NCBI GenBank assembly: GCA_963808235.1
Contig: CAWEEQ010000004.1
Location: 3,552,001-3,616,000, forward strand
Source of the DNA: an uncultured delta proteobacterium
GTDB taxonomy: Bacteria; Desulfobacterota; Binatia; Binatales; Binataceae
Reading direction: 5' to 3'
DNA length: 64,000 nucleotides
The notes beneath the pieces were generated by a model, which saw only the letters and a list, made by a program, of their open reading frames with translations, did no database searches and was not told the origin of the DNA. The position numbers and the translations under genes were made by a program. Positions 17,948-27,932 of this stretch are shown piece after piece (within the stretch, counting starts at the first letter, position 1; the number at the start of each line of letters is the position of its first letter).

Positions 17948-18039
17948 CACCAGGCCGAAGTGCACACGCGCGAGGCTCTCCGCGCTCTTTCGGTGCAGTC
18001 GACAGCGTGCTAATCCAACTCCCTACAAGTAGGGGTCAA

Positions 18040-21000
18040 ATGCACTGCCCAGCCTGCGGAATCGACAATCCACGGCAGAAGAAATTCTGTGGCGATTGCG
18101 GCGCGATGCTTCCCATTTCCGCTCCGGACCTGGAGCCGTCATTGCGTCGTTCCGAGGCAACCGCGAGTACTGTGGACGCCGGCCAGATTCCGGACGGCGA
18201 GCGCAAGACGGTTACCGCTCTCTTTGCGGACATCAAGGGTTCGATGGAACTGATGGAGGACCTCGACCCGGAAGAAGCGCGCCATATTATCGATCCTTGT
18301 TTGAAGCTGATGATCAACGCGGTTCATGAGTACGAAGGCTATGTGGTCCAGTCCACCGGCGACGGCATCTTCGCGATTTTCGGTGCTCCAATCGCGTACG
18401 AGGATCATCCCCAGCGAGCGCTCTATGCCGCGGTAAGAATGCGCGATGAATTGCGGAACTACGGCGATAAGATGCTATCGCAAGGCCGTGCGGCAGTTAC
18501 GATCCGTGTTGGGGTCAATACCGGAGAAGTAATAGTTCGAATAATTCAAACCGACGAAACGCACGCCGAGTATACGCCGATCGGACATTCAACCAGCCTC
18601 GCCGCTCGTATGCAGGCGGTGGCTCCGCCCGGCTCGATAGCACTGACGGAAGACACTCGTCGTTTCGTTGAAGGTTACTTCGAATTCCGGGAACTTGGTC
18701 CGATCCGCGTGAAAGGGGTCAGGCACCCCGTCCGGGTTTCCGAGCTTACAGGGCTAGGTCATCCGCGAACCCGCTTCGAGGCAACCGCACACCGGGGGCT
18801 GACGAAGTTCGTCGGGCGCGAACAGGAATTTGCAACCCTCGTGGAAGCCTTCCGCAAAGCGGCAGCCGGTCGCGGTCAAATCGTTTTCGTGTCCGGTGAG
18901 GCCGGGTCCGGCAAGTCGCGGCTCTTCTTCGAGTTTCGGAGAACGATCGATCCTCGATGCCTGGTGCTCGAGATGCCATCGATTTCGCACGCCCGTGCGT
19001 CAGCATATATCCCGCTGGTCGAATTTCTAAAAGGGTACTTCGGGATCGGTGATGACGACACAGGTTCCGTTCGATGCGACAAGATCAGGCGGACCATCAC
19101 CCTCCTCGGGCAAGAACTGGAAGACACGGTGCCCTTCCTCGAATCGATGCTTGCGAGCGGTGGGGCGACTGATCCGCTTCGGCAGATGGATCCCGCTATC
19201 AAACAGCAGCGTACTTTTGCCGCAATAGCGCGGCTGCTACGGCGAGAGAGCCTGGATCGACCGGTCGTCCTCATCTTTGAGGACCTTCATTGGCTCGACG
19301 GCGGGAGCGAGTCCTTTGTACGTTCTATCGCCGGCGATCTGGCGGATGCTTCGATTCTGCTCCTGGCGAATTACCGCCCGGAATACGACTCCTCATGGTT
19401 GCGCTCAGCCAATTGCGCGACGTTGGACCTCCTGCCACTCACTGAAGGAAGCGCCAGCGACATGTTGGACGGCATACTGGGCAATGCGGAAAGTCTGGCG
19501 GTCCTCAAGCGATTGATAGTTGAAAAAGGAGAGGGAAATCCCTTCTTCATTCAGGAAATCGTACAGACCCTGCTCGACCGCGGCGTTCTGGTCCGAGAGC
19601 CGACCCTCAAGCTGGCGTCACCGGTCAAACGCATCGATATTCCCGCGACGGTTCAAATCGTCCTGGCCTCTCGAATCGATAGCCTCCCGAGCTCTCACCG
19701 AGAAGTACTGCAAACGTTAGCTGTTATAGGAAGAGAATTTTCCCTCGAGTTGGTCGAACGAACGACTCTGAAATCGAGAGGCGACCTGGAGCGAACGCTG
19801 GAAGAATTACGAATGGGGGAATTTCTCGTTGAACGTGGTTCATCGCCGGAAAGTACCTACGCCTTCAAGCATGCACTGACGCAAGAGGTCGCGTATCGAT
19901 CTTTGCTGTCGGAACGGCGCGCCTTGATGCATGAAAGGGTCGGAAACGCCATTGAGGAGATGTCGGCCGCACATCTTGAAGATCATATAGCCAGCCTCGC
20001 ACATCATTTCCGCCTCAGCTCAAACGCTGAAAAGGCGATCCGGTATCTTCGACTGGCCGGTGAGCAAGCGAGCCGTCGTTCTGCGAATGTAGAAGCCCTC
20101 GAACTTTTGCGGGCAGCACTCCAACTAATAAGCAAAGGTGCCGATGTGCCTGCGCTCGGGCGCATCGAACTGGAGACGCTGGTACAGGTCGGCGGGGTAC
20201 TTATCGCTAGCAAGGGCTACGCCGCGGCTGAATTGCAGGACGGCTTCGCAAGGATGTTCCAGCTCTGCGACCAGATCGACGATCCGATGTTGCGGTTCTT
20301 CGTACAAATCCAGGCGTGGGCATTCGCGTCGGTACGCGGAGAGCATGTCCCACGCGCGCTCGCGCTTTGTGAAAACCTGCGAACGATGGCCACGACGTTT
20401 GGGCATCCGATGCTTGCGGCCTGGTCGCACGTAGCCAGCGGCAATACTGCCTATCACATGGGACGCATGGCGCTCGCGCGTGACGAGCTGGAAAAAGGGC
20501 TCGCACTGTACGATCCAGTAAGCATGCAAGCCTCAGGCGCGTTTCAAGACGCAGGCATACTGGCAAGCGCCTATCTTGCTCCTACTCTGTGGTTCCTGGG
20601 CTATCCGGATCGCGCGTTGGAGGCTGGTCGAGCCGCAATTCAGCTAGCGCGTGAAAGGAAGGATCCTTTCGGAGAAGCGCATGCGACCTCGTTTACGGCA
20701 ACCGTTGCGCAGTTGCGCGGTGATGCTCCGGCGGCGCTGAAATTCGCGGATGCCGCAATTGCACTGGGAACCGAGCATGGTTTTCCAATTTGGCTCGGCC
20801 AAGGCCAGATGTGGCGCGGATGGTCTCTCTGCGCACTGGGTAAGACGCGAGAAGGAATCGAGCAGCTCGAAACCGGCATCGGGACTTACTCTGGAACCGG
20901 CGCAAGATTGGGAATCACTTATTGGGCGAACCTGCGCGCAGAGACTTACTTGATGGCCGGCGATGCCGAGCGCGCACTCGCCGCGGCTCGCCAGGTATCG

Positions 21001-21318
21001 GAGTTGGTCGCAGGGGGCGGTGAAGGTATCTGCGAGCCCGAATTGTACAGACTGATTGGCGAGGCGACGCTAAGGCACGATGAGAACGCGCTCGCCGAAG
21101 CTTGCGAGTCATTCCGCAAGGCAATCGAAATCGCCCGTCTGCATGGTACAAAGTCCTGGGAGCTCAGAGCTACCACCAGCCTCGCCCGGGCGCTCAAGGC
21201 GCAAGGACTTCTCAAGCAATCCTATGAGACCCTTCGACAGAGTCTCGACTGGTTTAGAGAAGGGTTCGACACTGCTGACCTTAAGGAGGCTCGGGCTTTG
21301 TTACAGCAACTATCGTAA
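18040..21318 (+). CDS. Zinc-ribbon + class III nucleotide cyclase + AAA/STAND ATPase + TPR protein
   Basis: CPACG..CGDCG; ERKTVTALFADIKGS; TGDGIFAIFGAP; FVGRE; GEAGSGKS; FEDLHWLD; GNPFFIQE; YAFKHALTQEVAY; SWELRATTSLAR. Confidence 0.93.
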   Translation: MHCPACGIDNPRQKKFCGDCGAMLPISAPDLEPSLRRSEATASTVDAGQIPDGERKTVTALFADIKGSMELMEDLDPEEARHIIDPCLKLMINAVHEYEGYVVQSTGDGIFAIFGAPIAYEDHPQRALYAAVRMRDELRNYGDKMLSQGRAAVTIRVGVNTGEVIVRIIQTDETHAEYTPIGHSTSLAARMQAVAPPGSIALTEDTRRFVEGYFEFRELGPIRVKGVRHPVRVSELTGLGHPRTRFEATAHRGLTKFVGREQEFATLVEAFRKAAAGRGQIVFVSGEAGSGKSRLFFEFRRTIDPRCLVLEMPSISHARASAYIPLVEFLKGYFGIGDDDTGSVRCDKIRRTITLLGQELEDTVPFLESMLASGGATDPLRQMDPAIKQQRTFAAIARLLRRESLDRPVVLIFEDLHWLDGGSESFVRSIAGDLADASILLLANYRPEYDSSWLRSANCATLDLLPLTEGSASDMLDGILGNAESLAVLKRLIVEKGEGNPFFIQEIVQTLLDRGVLVREPTLKLASPVKRIDIPATVQIVLASRIDSLPSSHREVLQTLAVIGREFSLELVERTTLKSRGDLERTLEELRMGEFLVERGSSPESTYAFKHALTQEVAYRSLLSERRALMHERVGNAIEEMSAAHLEDHIASLAHHFRLSSNAEKAIRYLRLAGEQASRRSANVEALELLRAALQLISKGADVPALGRIELETLVQVGGVLIASKGYAAAELQDGFARMFQLCDQIDDPMLRFFVQIQAWAFASVRGEHVPRALALCENLRTMATTFGHPMLAAWSHVASGNTAYHMGRMALARDELEKGLALYDPVSMQASGAFQDAGILASAYLAPTLWFLGYPDRALEAGRAAIQLARERKDPFGEAHATSFTATVAQLRGDAPAALKFADAAIALGTEHGFPIWLGQGQMWRGWSLCALGKTREGIEQLETGIGTYSGTGARLGITYWANLRAETYLMAGDAERALAAARQVSELVAGGGEGICEPELYRLIGEATLRHDENALAEACESFRKAIEIARLHGTKSWELRATTSLARALKAQGLLKQSYETLRQSLDWFREGFDTADLKEARALLQQLS

Positions 21319-21354
21319 GTCAAGTCGGAGTTGCCTTCTGCCGAAACAAACTGA

Positions 21355-23370
21355 ATGGCCGACAGTAAGCAACAGACCCGGGTCGTAATCCTTGGCGCCG
21401 GATGCGGCGCGATCGCCACTGCGTTCTGGCTGACTAGCACCAAGGAACTATGCGAGCGCTACAAGGTCAGCATCTACACCCATGGCTGGCGCCTGGGCGG
21501 CAAAGCGGCTAGCGGCCGAGATGAAGATCACGGCCAGGCGATCCAGGAGCATGGTCTGCACATTTTGATGGGTTGGTACGAGATCGCTTTCAAGACCATC
21601 CGCGCCTGTTACGCCGAGTGGCGCAAGGAGCCGGACAATCCATTCAAAACCTGGTGCGACGCTTTTACTCCTCTCCGACAGGTGACTCTCGAACAGCAAC
21701 TTCCAAATGATCAGACGGGCGAATGGTATCCCTGGAACATGAAGTTCCCGAAGAACAGGCATACGCCTGGGGAACCTGCGAGCGACCTCAGGCTTCAGGT
21801 TGTTCCTACAATCCTGGGCTGGCTGAAGAAGCACCTGTGGAGCGAACCCAGACTCGGTCCGGCAGGAGAAATCCAGGTCACCGGCCTCCGCAACTTGAAA
21901 TCGATGCATCGGAAGGCGGTTCGAGCCGCCAAGCATCCGAATCTAAGTATCGACATCTATAAGGACCTCGCGCGTTCACTTGTAGAGTTTCAGGGTTGGT
22001 TCCAGGGTCTCGCTCAGCCTCCACTAGTTGCGGCGGGATCGCGAGGAGAAGAGATCTGCGCGTTCACGGACTACGCGATCGCGCTGATGAAAGGCTATAT
22101 TCGCGACGTCCTTCCGGACTGGAACAAGGGAATCGAAAAGCTCGACGAAATCGAGTATCGGGCCTGGCTGAAGACGGCCGGTATGAGTGACAAGTACTTA
22201 AGCTTCGCGCCCGTGCGAGTCCTTTACGATTTGGCGTTCGCATACGAGCGCGGCGATTCGTCGACGATCGCCAACGGCAGGATCGCGGCAGGTTCAGGGC
22301 TGCGTGCGCTCTTGATGATGACGTTGGACTACAAAGGTGCGCCGCTTTGGAAGATGAATGCGGGGATGGGCGACACCATCTTCTCGCCTATGTACTCGGT
22401 GTTGAAGGCCCGCGGCGTTGATATCCATTTCTTTCACCGCGTGACCAACATCCACCTAAGCAACGATGGCAAGTCGATAGAGTCGATCTCGATGTACCGG
22501 CAAGTCAAATTGCTCAAGTCCACTTACACGCCATTTCGCAAGGTCAAAGGATTCCCCTCTTGGCCCTCGGAACCAAGATGGAGCGAAATTGAAGGCGGTG
22601 CGGCGAAGGACGCCTGGGATCTCGAATCGATGTGGTGTCAGTATCGCGTTGAACCCGATTTCGAGCTAAAGGACTTCGATCTCGTCGTGCTTGCGATCCC
22701 GCCGGCATCGCTTCCGATACTAGGTCAGGAACTACTGGACAAGAGTCCAGCAATTCAGGCCATGCACCAGAATACGCAATCGGTGGCTACCCAGGCTTCT
22801 CAGCTCTGGCTCAAGCCAAAGCTCGCCAAGTTGGGATGGAAGCTCGGCCCGACCGTTCTCAGCACCTATGCAGACCCATTTCGCTCCTGGGGCGAGATGT
22901 CACATCTGCTTGCCATGGAAGACTGGCCAAAGCCAAAGCCGCACTCTTGTGAGTACTTCTGCGGAACGCTCATTCCGCCGCGGCAGATGCCCCCCTTCAA
23001 CAGTTACAATTTTCCGAAACAACAAGCGGATCGGGTAAAGCAGGAGTTTGCCGGCTGGATGAGGAGCAATATCGGCCAGCTATGGCCGAATGCGGCAGCG
23101 GGCGGCGGCATCGACACCGGTCTCGTGGTCCATGAATTCTACCGCGCAAATCTCGATCCGTCCGAGCTGTACGTGCAGACCTTTCCGAACAGCGTCCAAT
23201 ATCGGCTAAAGCCCGGCGACACCTCGCGAACCGGTATCGACAATTTATATTTCGCGGGCGATTGGACGAGAGGAAAAGTCAACGGAGGATGCGCCGAAGG
23301 AGCATTCGAATCCGGCAAAATGGCTGCGGAGGCGATCACAAAACAGTCACTCGATATTCCTCTTCTCTAG
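21355..23370 (+). CDS. FAD/NAD(P)-binding oxidoreductase (amine oxidase / carotenoid desaturase-like superfamily)
   Basis: VVILGAGCG dinucleotide fold, GWRLGGKAASGR, QEHGLHILMGWY, KMNAGMGDTIFSP, NLYFAGDWT..GCAEGAFESG. Confidence 0.85.
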   Translation: MADSKQQTRVVILGAGCGAIATAFWLTSTKELCERYKVSIYTHGWRLGGKAASGRDEDHGQAIQEHGLHILMGWYEIAFKTIRACYAEWRKEPDNPFKTWCDAFTPLRQVTLEQQLPNDQTGEWYPWNMKFPKNRHTPGEPASDLRLQVVPTILGWLKKHLWSEPRLGPAGEIQVTGLRNLKSMHRKAVRAAKHPNLSIDIYKDLARSLVEFQGWFQGLAQPPLVAAGSRGEEICAFTDYAIALMKGYIRDVLPDWNKGIEKLDEIEYRAWLKTAGMSDKYLSFAPVRVLYDLAFAYERGDSSTIANGRIAAGSGLRALLMMTLDYKGAPLWKMNAGMGDTIFSPMYSVLKARGVDIHFFHRVTNIHLSNDGKSIESISMYRQVKLLKSTYTPFRKVKGFPSWPSEPRWSEIEGGAAKDAWDLESMWCQYRVEPDFELKDFDLVVLAIPPASLPILGQELLDKSPAIQAMHQNTQSVATQASQLWLKPKLAKLGWKLGPTVLSTYADPFRSWGEMSHLLAMEDWPKPKPHSCEYFCGTLIPPRQMPPFNSYNFPKQQADRVKQEFAGWMRSNIGQLWPNAAAGGGIDTGLVVHEFYRANLDPSELYVQTFPNSVQYRLKPGDTSRTGIDNLYFAGDWTRGKVNGGCAEGAFESGKMAAEAITKQSLDIPLL

Positions 23371-23379
23371 TCACACTCC

Positions 23380-24366
23380 TTAAGTTGCCGTCCAGACGGT
23401 TTCTCCGGCTGGCGCGTCGAAGTCCATCATTGCCCAGAATGCGAATTTCACAGGTAGCGAGTAGCGTCCGCCATTCTTCGCGCCTCGGTTTTGCAGTCCG
23501 AAGTCAGTCGCGAGATCGTGGCTATCGCACTGCAGTATTTCTACTGTGTACTTGCCTTTCAGATAGCCACCCTCTCTTAATTTCGCCTTCAGGAATGCTC
23601 TCACAAGGGACTGGTAGCACGCTAGTTGCGTCTTCTCGGTGTCTCTCATCTGCTTAAGGTTGATGACGGGAACATCTACTCCAATCGATAGTTGCAGAAA
23701 ATTGGCAAGAGTATCGCGACTTCGGCCCAATTTTACGGGCCACGGACCGAGCGCCGTGTCTATTGCTCTGAGAACTGACCCCGAATCTTGCCAGGACGTC
23801 TCAGTCGGTCCAAAGGTGCCACCACCATCGCGAGTGACGCTGATCAAGGTGTCCACGCGAGCCTTCGTGGACGGGTCAAAGCTCTCGAATATCAAGGTCT
23901 GCGTGTTGAAGACTGCTGCATCGGTTGGTTCGGGTATCAGCGATTGACCCAGCGACTTGTTGTATCCCCATACGTCGCGCCCGGTCACCATACCGAGTCC
24001 TACGTCGATAACCAGGTAGGGCATCCAAAGGCACAACTTATAAGAGAGCGGCGAATCCGCGAGCTTTTGGATCAACGGAACCATGATGGCGGTTTCGTGA
24101 TCCTCGGCCCATCCGATGTTGATCGGCGAAGTGAAATGCCCAGTGTGTTGATACAGCAGCAGAACGTAGTCGCCCAAAACGCGGTACTTTACAACGCCTT
24201 TGCCTACTGTACCGAGGGTGGAATCCACGAACTTCTGAATACTCGCGCGGTCAGAGGGCAGGGCGAATGCGTAAAGCAGATCGTCAGTCGCCGTGAGAGG
24301 AGCCGCAAAATCTACTTCACCGTGCCTGAGCCAGGATACGAACCTCGGTAACTTAGTCTTAGCCAT
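23380..24366 (-). CDS. Acetoacetate decarboxylase (ADC)-like fold protein
   Basis: ETAIMVP..WMPYLVID..GMVTGRDVWGYNK and INLKQMRD..ACYQ patterns typical of ADC-like proteins; GGGGG RBS. Confidence 0.65.
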   Translation of the reverse strand: MAKTKLPRFVSWLRHGEVDFAAPLTATDDLLYAFALPSDRASIQKFVDSTLGTVGKGVVKYRVLGDYVLLLYQHTGHFTSPINIGWAEDHETAIMVPLIQKLADSPLSYKLCLWMPYLVIDVGLGMVTGRDVWGYNKSLGQSLIPEPTDAAVFNTQTLIFESFDPSTKARVDTLISVTRDGGGTFGPTETSWQDSGSVLRAIDTALGPWPVKLGRSRDTLANFLQLSIGVDVPVINLKQMRDTEKTQLACYQSLVRAFLKAKLREGGYLKGKYTVEILQCDSHDLATDFGLQNRGAKNGGRYSLPVKFAFWAMMDFDAPAGETVWTAT

Positions 24367-24586
24367 ACCTTTCCCCCCGGTATGTTAGCCCGAATCACTT
24401 CGGCGGTCGTCTGTAAGGTCGCCTACTCTACAACATGGTACACCGTCCTTCTAGCGCGATAATCAATGCTCAAGTGGGAATTTTACTTCCGGACGGCCCT
24501 CGATTCGTCTGGAGTCCCGGCTGCCATCGCGGTCGGGCTGTCCTGACGGTGACTGGCGCGATAGGATTGGACGATGAGCGTGACTC

Positions 24587-25603
24587 ATGACGACTTCGCC
24601 TAAGTCGCTGACTAGCTCGAGCGAAAGCCTCCCGATCGTCGATATCAGCTCGGGCGACATTGCGCGCATCGGCGCGGCGCTCGATCGCGCGTGCTCCGAG
24701 TTCGGGTTCTTCTACGCGACGGGGCATGGAATCGATCCGGCCCTCTCGGCGCGGATGATGACGCTCGCAGGCGAGTTCTTCGCTTTACCCCTGGAACAGA
24801 AGCTCGCGATCGAAATGGCGCACGGCGGGCGAGCCTGGCGTGGGTACTTCCCCGTCGAAGGTGAGCTGACCTCCGGGCGGCCCGATCGCAAGGAAGGAAT
24901 CTACTTCGGTACCGAGCTGGGCGCCGACGATCCACGTGTCCAGGCCGGCCTGCCGCTTCATGGCATGAACCTCTATCCTCCGCTACCCGGGTTCCGCGAT
25001 ACCCTGTTGACCTACATGGACAACGTCACGGCGGTTGGGCAAAGACTGCTGAGCGGAATTGCCCTCGGGCTCGGCCTCGGGCCCGACTACTTCCTCGACC
25101 GCTACACGCGCGACCCGACCGTGCTCTTTCGTATCTTCAACTATCCGCCATCAGCAGCACTCGCCGACGAGAACGAATTCGGTGTGGGTGAGCACACCGA
25201 CTACGGCCTTCTGACACTGCTGCGGCAGGACGAGGTCGGAGGCCTCGAAATTTGGCATCAGGACCGGTGGCTGCCTGCCCCGCCGGTGCCCGACTCGTTT
25301 GTCTGCAATGTCGGCGACATGCTCGAGCGATTGACGGCGGGGCGATACGTCTCGGCACTGCATCGCGCCCGAAACGTCTCGACGCGCAATCGCGTCTCGA
25401 TGCCGCTCTTCCTCGATCCAAGCTTCGACGCGGTGCTGGAGCCAATCACGGCCGTTACGCCGGACCGCTGGGCCGCGCGTCGGAACCGACCCGCGCGTCG
25501 ATGGGACGGCGCTGACCTGGCCACGGTTAGCGGGAGTTATGGCGACTACCTGCTGAGCAAGGTTTCGAGAGTGTTCCCGCAATTGAAAAGCGAAGTGCTT
25601 TAG
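24587..25603 (+). CDS. 2-oxoglutarate/Fe(II) dioxygenase (isopenicillin N synthase family)
   Basis: LPIVDIS, GFFYATGHGI, HTDYGLLTLL, NVGDMLERLTAGRYVSALHR, RVS. Confidence 0.93.
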   Translation: MTTSPKSLTSSSESLPIVDISSGDIARIGAALDRACSEFGFFYATGHGIDPALSARMMTLAGEFFALPLEQKLAIEMAHGGRAWRGYFPVEGELTSGRPDRKEGIYFGTELGADDPRVQAGLPLHGMNLYPPLPGFRDTLLTYMDNVTAVGQRLLSGIALGLGLGPDYFLDRYTRDPTVLFRIFNYPPSAALADENEFGVGEHTDYGLLTLLRQDEVGGLEIWHQDRWLPAPPVPDSFVCNVGDMLERLTAGRYVSALHRARNVSTRNRVSMPLFLDPSFDAVLEPITAVTPDRWAARRNRPARRWDGADLATVSGSYGDYLLSKVSRVFPQLKSEVL

Positions 25604-25605
25604 CT

Positions 25606-26067
25606 TCAGCTGTTGGAATCGTGGAATCTGGTCTGAACCAGCCGTTGAATTACGGCAAAGAGCATCGCCGTCGATACCCCGAACATGAGCATTCCGTCGG
25701 CTGTTTCCAGCGGTCCCAACAATTTCCAGGACGCCGACGTGATTACATCGCTATCGCCCAACGACGTGTAGCTAACCGCCGAGTAGTAGAGGGCCGCCGA
25801 GAATCGAGTGAATTCATTGCATAGAATGAACACGCCGGCCCAAGCTGCTATTTCGATCAGATGCGCCGCGAGCGCCATCAGCGTCGTTCCCGCTACAAAG
25901 ATCACGTCGCTCCAGAAGTGGACGCCGGCGTGGCCGAGCCTCCACTGGCGTCGGACTAAGTGAACGATCGTTATCAGAATCAACGCGTGAATGACGACGG
26001 TGCAGAAAGTGGCCGCCACGCCGACCAGCAGAGGAGCCCAAATCAATATCTGATTCGAAGGAACCAT
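25606..26067 (-). CDS. Small two-TM ion channel family protein (Ion_trans_2-like)
   Basis: AHLIEIAAWA, ALYYSAVSYTSLGDSDV pore helix and filter, LGPLETADGMLMFGVSTA. Confidence 0.8.
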   Translation of the reverse strand: MVPSNQILIWAPLLVGVAATFCTVVIHALILITIVHLVRRQWRLGHAGVHFWSDVIFVAGTTLMALAAHLIEIAAWAGVFILCNEFTRFSAALYYSAVSYTSLGDSDVITSASWKLLGPLETADGMLMFGVSTAMLFAVIQRLVQTRFHDSNS

Positions 26068-26218
26068 TTTCAGTCCTTACTGTGGTTACGCAGCGCCGTC
26101 CATCCACCGACACTTCTTCTAATCTATCAAACCGATCTATAATTTCGCCGATGGCCATCAAAGTCCGCGAACTGGCCCTCTGCCGCTGACACGCTTCGCA
26201 CTATGGAGGAATCGACCG

Positions 26219-26572
26219 ATGAAGTTCTTCCGATACTATGCCCCCCTCTTCGCGGCGACCCTGATTTTTTCGCTGTTCCCCTCCGCGCTTAACGCTGCTC
26301 AGATGGAAGGCGTGATGATGCGAAACGGAATCATGATGCTGATGAAACATGGCAAGGCGTCGAGCCCGATGGACTCCGACGTCACCATGACAAACGGCAC
26401 CGTGGTTTCTGCCGACGGCACGATCACGCTACAAGGCGGCCGCGAGTTTCGCATGCACAATGGCGAAGTAATGATGCCCGACGGGCATCTGATGAAGGGC
26501 GGCGCCCCAGCCGGGATGGAACCGCAGAACAATCCAGCCGGCAACCCGCTGCTCCTGTACAAGGAACATTGA
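26219..26572 (+). CDS. Secreted methionine-rich small protein (DUF6799-like)
   Basis: GGAGGA RBS; signal peptide ending ALNA; 13 Met in about 91 mature residues; MTNGTVVSADGT repeat-like motif. Confidence 0.75.
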   Translation: MKFFRYYAPLFAATLIFSLFPSALNAAQMEGVMMRNGIMMLMKHGKASSPMDSDVTMTNGTVVSADGTITLQGGREFRMHNGEVMMPDGHLMKGGAPAGMEPQNNPAGNPLLLYKEH

Positions 26573-26581
26573 GATGTTCTG

Positions 26582-27247
26582 ATGGAATCATCGCACCGCG
26601 AGCATCCGGGACGAAGCCAGCAGCCTGCGCCGATTCGACTCGCGCATTGGATTACTATTCCACTCCTCGTGATCATGGCCGGCAGCGGCCTGCAGATTCT
26701 GTCCGCATATCCGGCGCTCGGTCCGCGCGGCGGACAATACCGATGGTATCCGTTCCAGAATGACGCGCCGCCGTCGTGGATGCGATTTGGCGGATGGCTC
26801 GCCGGTGCACGCCATTGGCATTTCGCGATCGCCTGGTTCCTCATTCTCAATGGAATCTTCTACCTGATCTACCTGGCCGCGAGCGGTGAATGGCGCCGCC
26901 GCCTATTCCTCCCCGCGCGCGATACCGCAAATGCGCTCGCGATGTTCGCCTACTACTTGCGCATTCGGAAGACTCCGCCACCCGAAGATTTTTACAACGG
27001 CCTTCAGCGCCTCGCTTACACGTCCGCGATTCTTTTCGGCATCGTCGTGGTGCTGTCCGGTCTTGCGATCTACAAACCCGTGCAACTGCATCTGCTCACT
27101 GGATTGTTCGGCGGCTACGATTCCGCGCGCGTGGTCCACCTGGCCTGCCTCGTCCTGCTCGCATTTTTTGCGGCGACGCACATCGTACTGGTCGCGCTGC
27201 ATCCGCGAACTATTCTCACGATGGTGACCGGAGGACGCCGTGGCTAG
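26582..27247 (+). CDS. Cytochrome b/b6-domain membrane protein (partner of the molybdoenzyme)
   Basis: RLAHW..MAGSGLQI, GGWLAGARHWHFA, YNGLQRLAY, ARVVH..HI: four conserved His. Confidence 0.88.
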   Translation: MESSHREHPGRSQQPAPIRLAHWITIPLLVIMAGSGLQILSAYPALGPRGGQYRWYPFQNDAPPSWMRFGGWLAGARHWHFAIAWFLILNGIFYLIYLAASGEWRRRLFLPARDTANALAMFAYYLRIRKTPPPEDFYNGLQRLAYTSAILFGIVVVLSGLAIYKPVQLHLLTGLFGGYDSARVVHLACLVLLAFFAATHIVLVALHPRTILTMVTGGRRG

Positions 27248-27932
27248 CTTGCTGACGAGACGAAAGTTGATCCTTGGCATCGCCGCAACCACCGCGCTCG
27301 CGGGATGCGACAGTCGCGCCGCTTCAATTTTTCTTTCCGGGATGGAACGCTGGAACGAGCGCGTCGGTCGATTGCTGTTCTCGACGACCAGGTTGGCTCC
27401 TGAAGCGCCCGCCGCCGATATCACGCCCGACAAGGATTTTCCAAGTTACTTCATTTCCGACGAGATGCCCTTCCCACCGTCGGACTGGTCACTCAAGGTC
27501 GGCGGTCTCGTCGCGCGGCCGTCAGTCTTCTCGCTCGACGCGCTCAAGAAAATGCCCAGCACTCAAATGCGCGTCCGCCACCACTGCGTCGAGGGGTGGT
27601 CGGCGGTGGCGCAATGGCAGGGCGTGCAGATTCGGGAGATCGCGAAGATGGTCGGCGCCAGTCCCGACGCGCGCTACGTTGAATTCCGCTCCTTCGATTC
27701 GGGCTATTACTCGTCCTGGGACGTCGAGAGCGCGATGCATCCGCAAACGATTCTCGCCTACGGCATGAACGGCCGGATGCTGTACCCCGACCACGGCGCG
27801 CCGCTGCGCCTCTACTCGGCGGTCAAGCTCGGCTACAAGTGCGTGAAGTACCTGACCGAAGTTAATTTTCTGCCCAATCGGACGGGAGGGTACTGGGAAA
27901 ATCAGGGCTACGAATGGTACGCGGGCGTCTAG
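27240..27932 (+). CDS. Molybdopterin-dependent oxidoreductase, sulfite oxidase family (MsrP/YedY-like)
   Basis: TRRKLI Tat-like motif and LAGC lipobox; HHCVEGWS Mo-ligand Cys; HPQTILAYGMNG..HGAPLRL..KLGYK; GGYWENQGY. Confidence 0.9.
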   Translation: MASLLTRRKLILGIAATTALAGCDSRAASIFLSGMERWNERVGRLLFSTTRLAPEAPAADITPDKDFPSYFISDEMPFPPSDWSLKVGGLVARPSVFSLDALKKMPSTQMRVRHHCVEGWSAVAQWQGVQIREIAKMVGASPDARYVEFRSFDSGYYSSWDVESAMHPQTILAYGMNGRMLYPDHGAPLRLYSAVKLGYKCVKYLTEVNFLPNRTGGYWENQGYEWYAGV

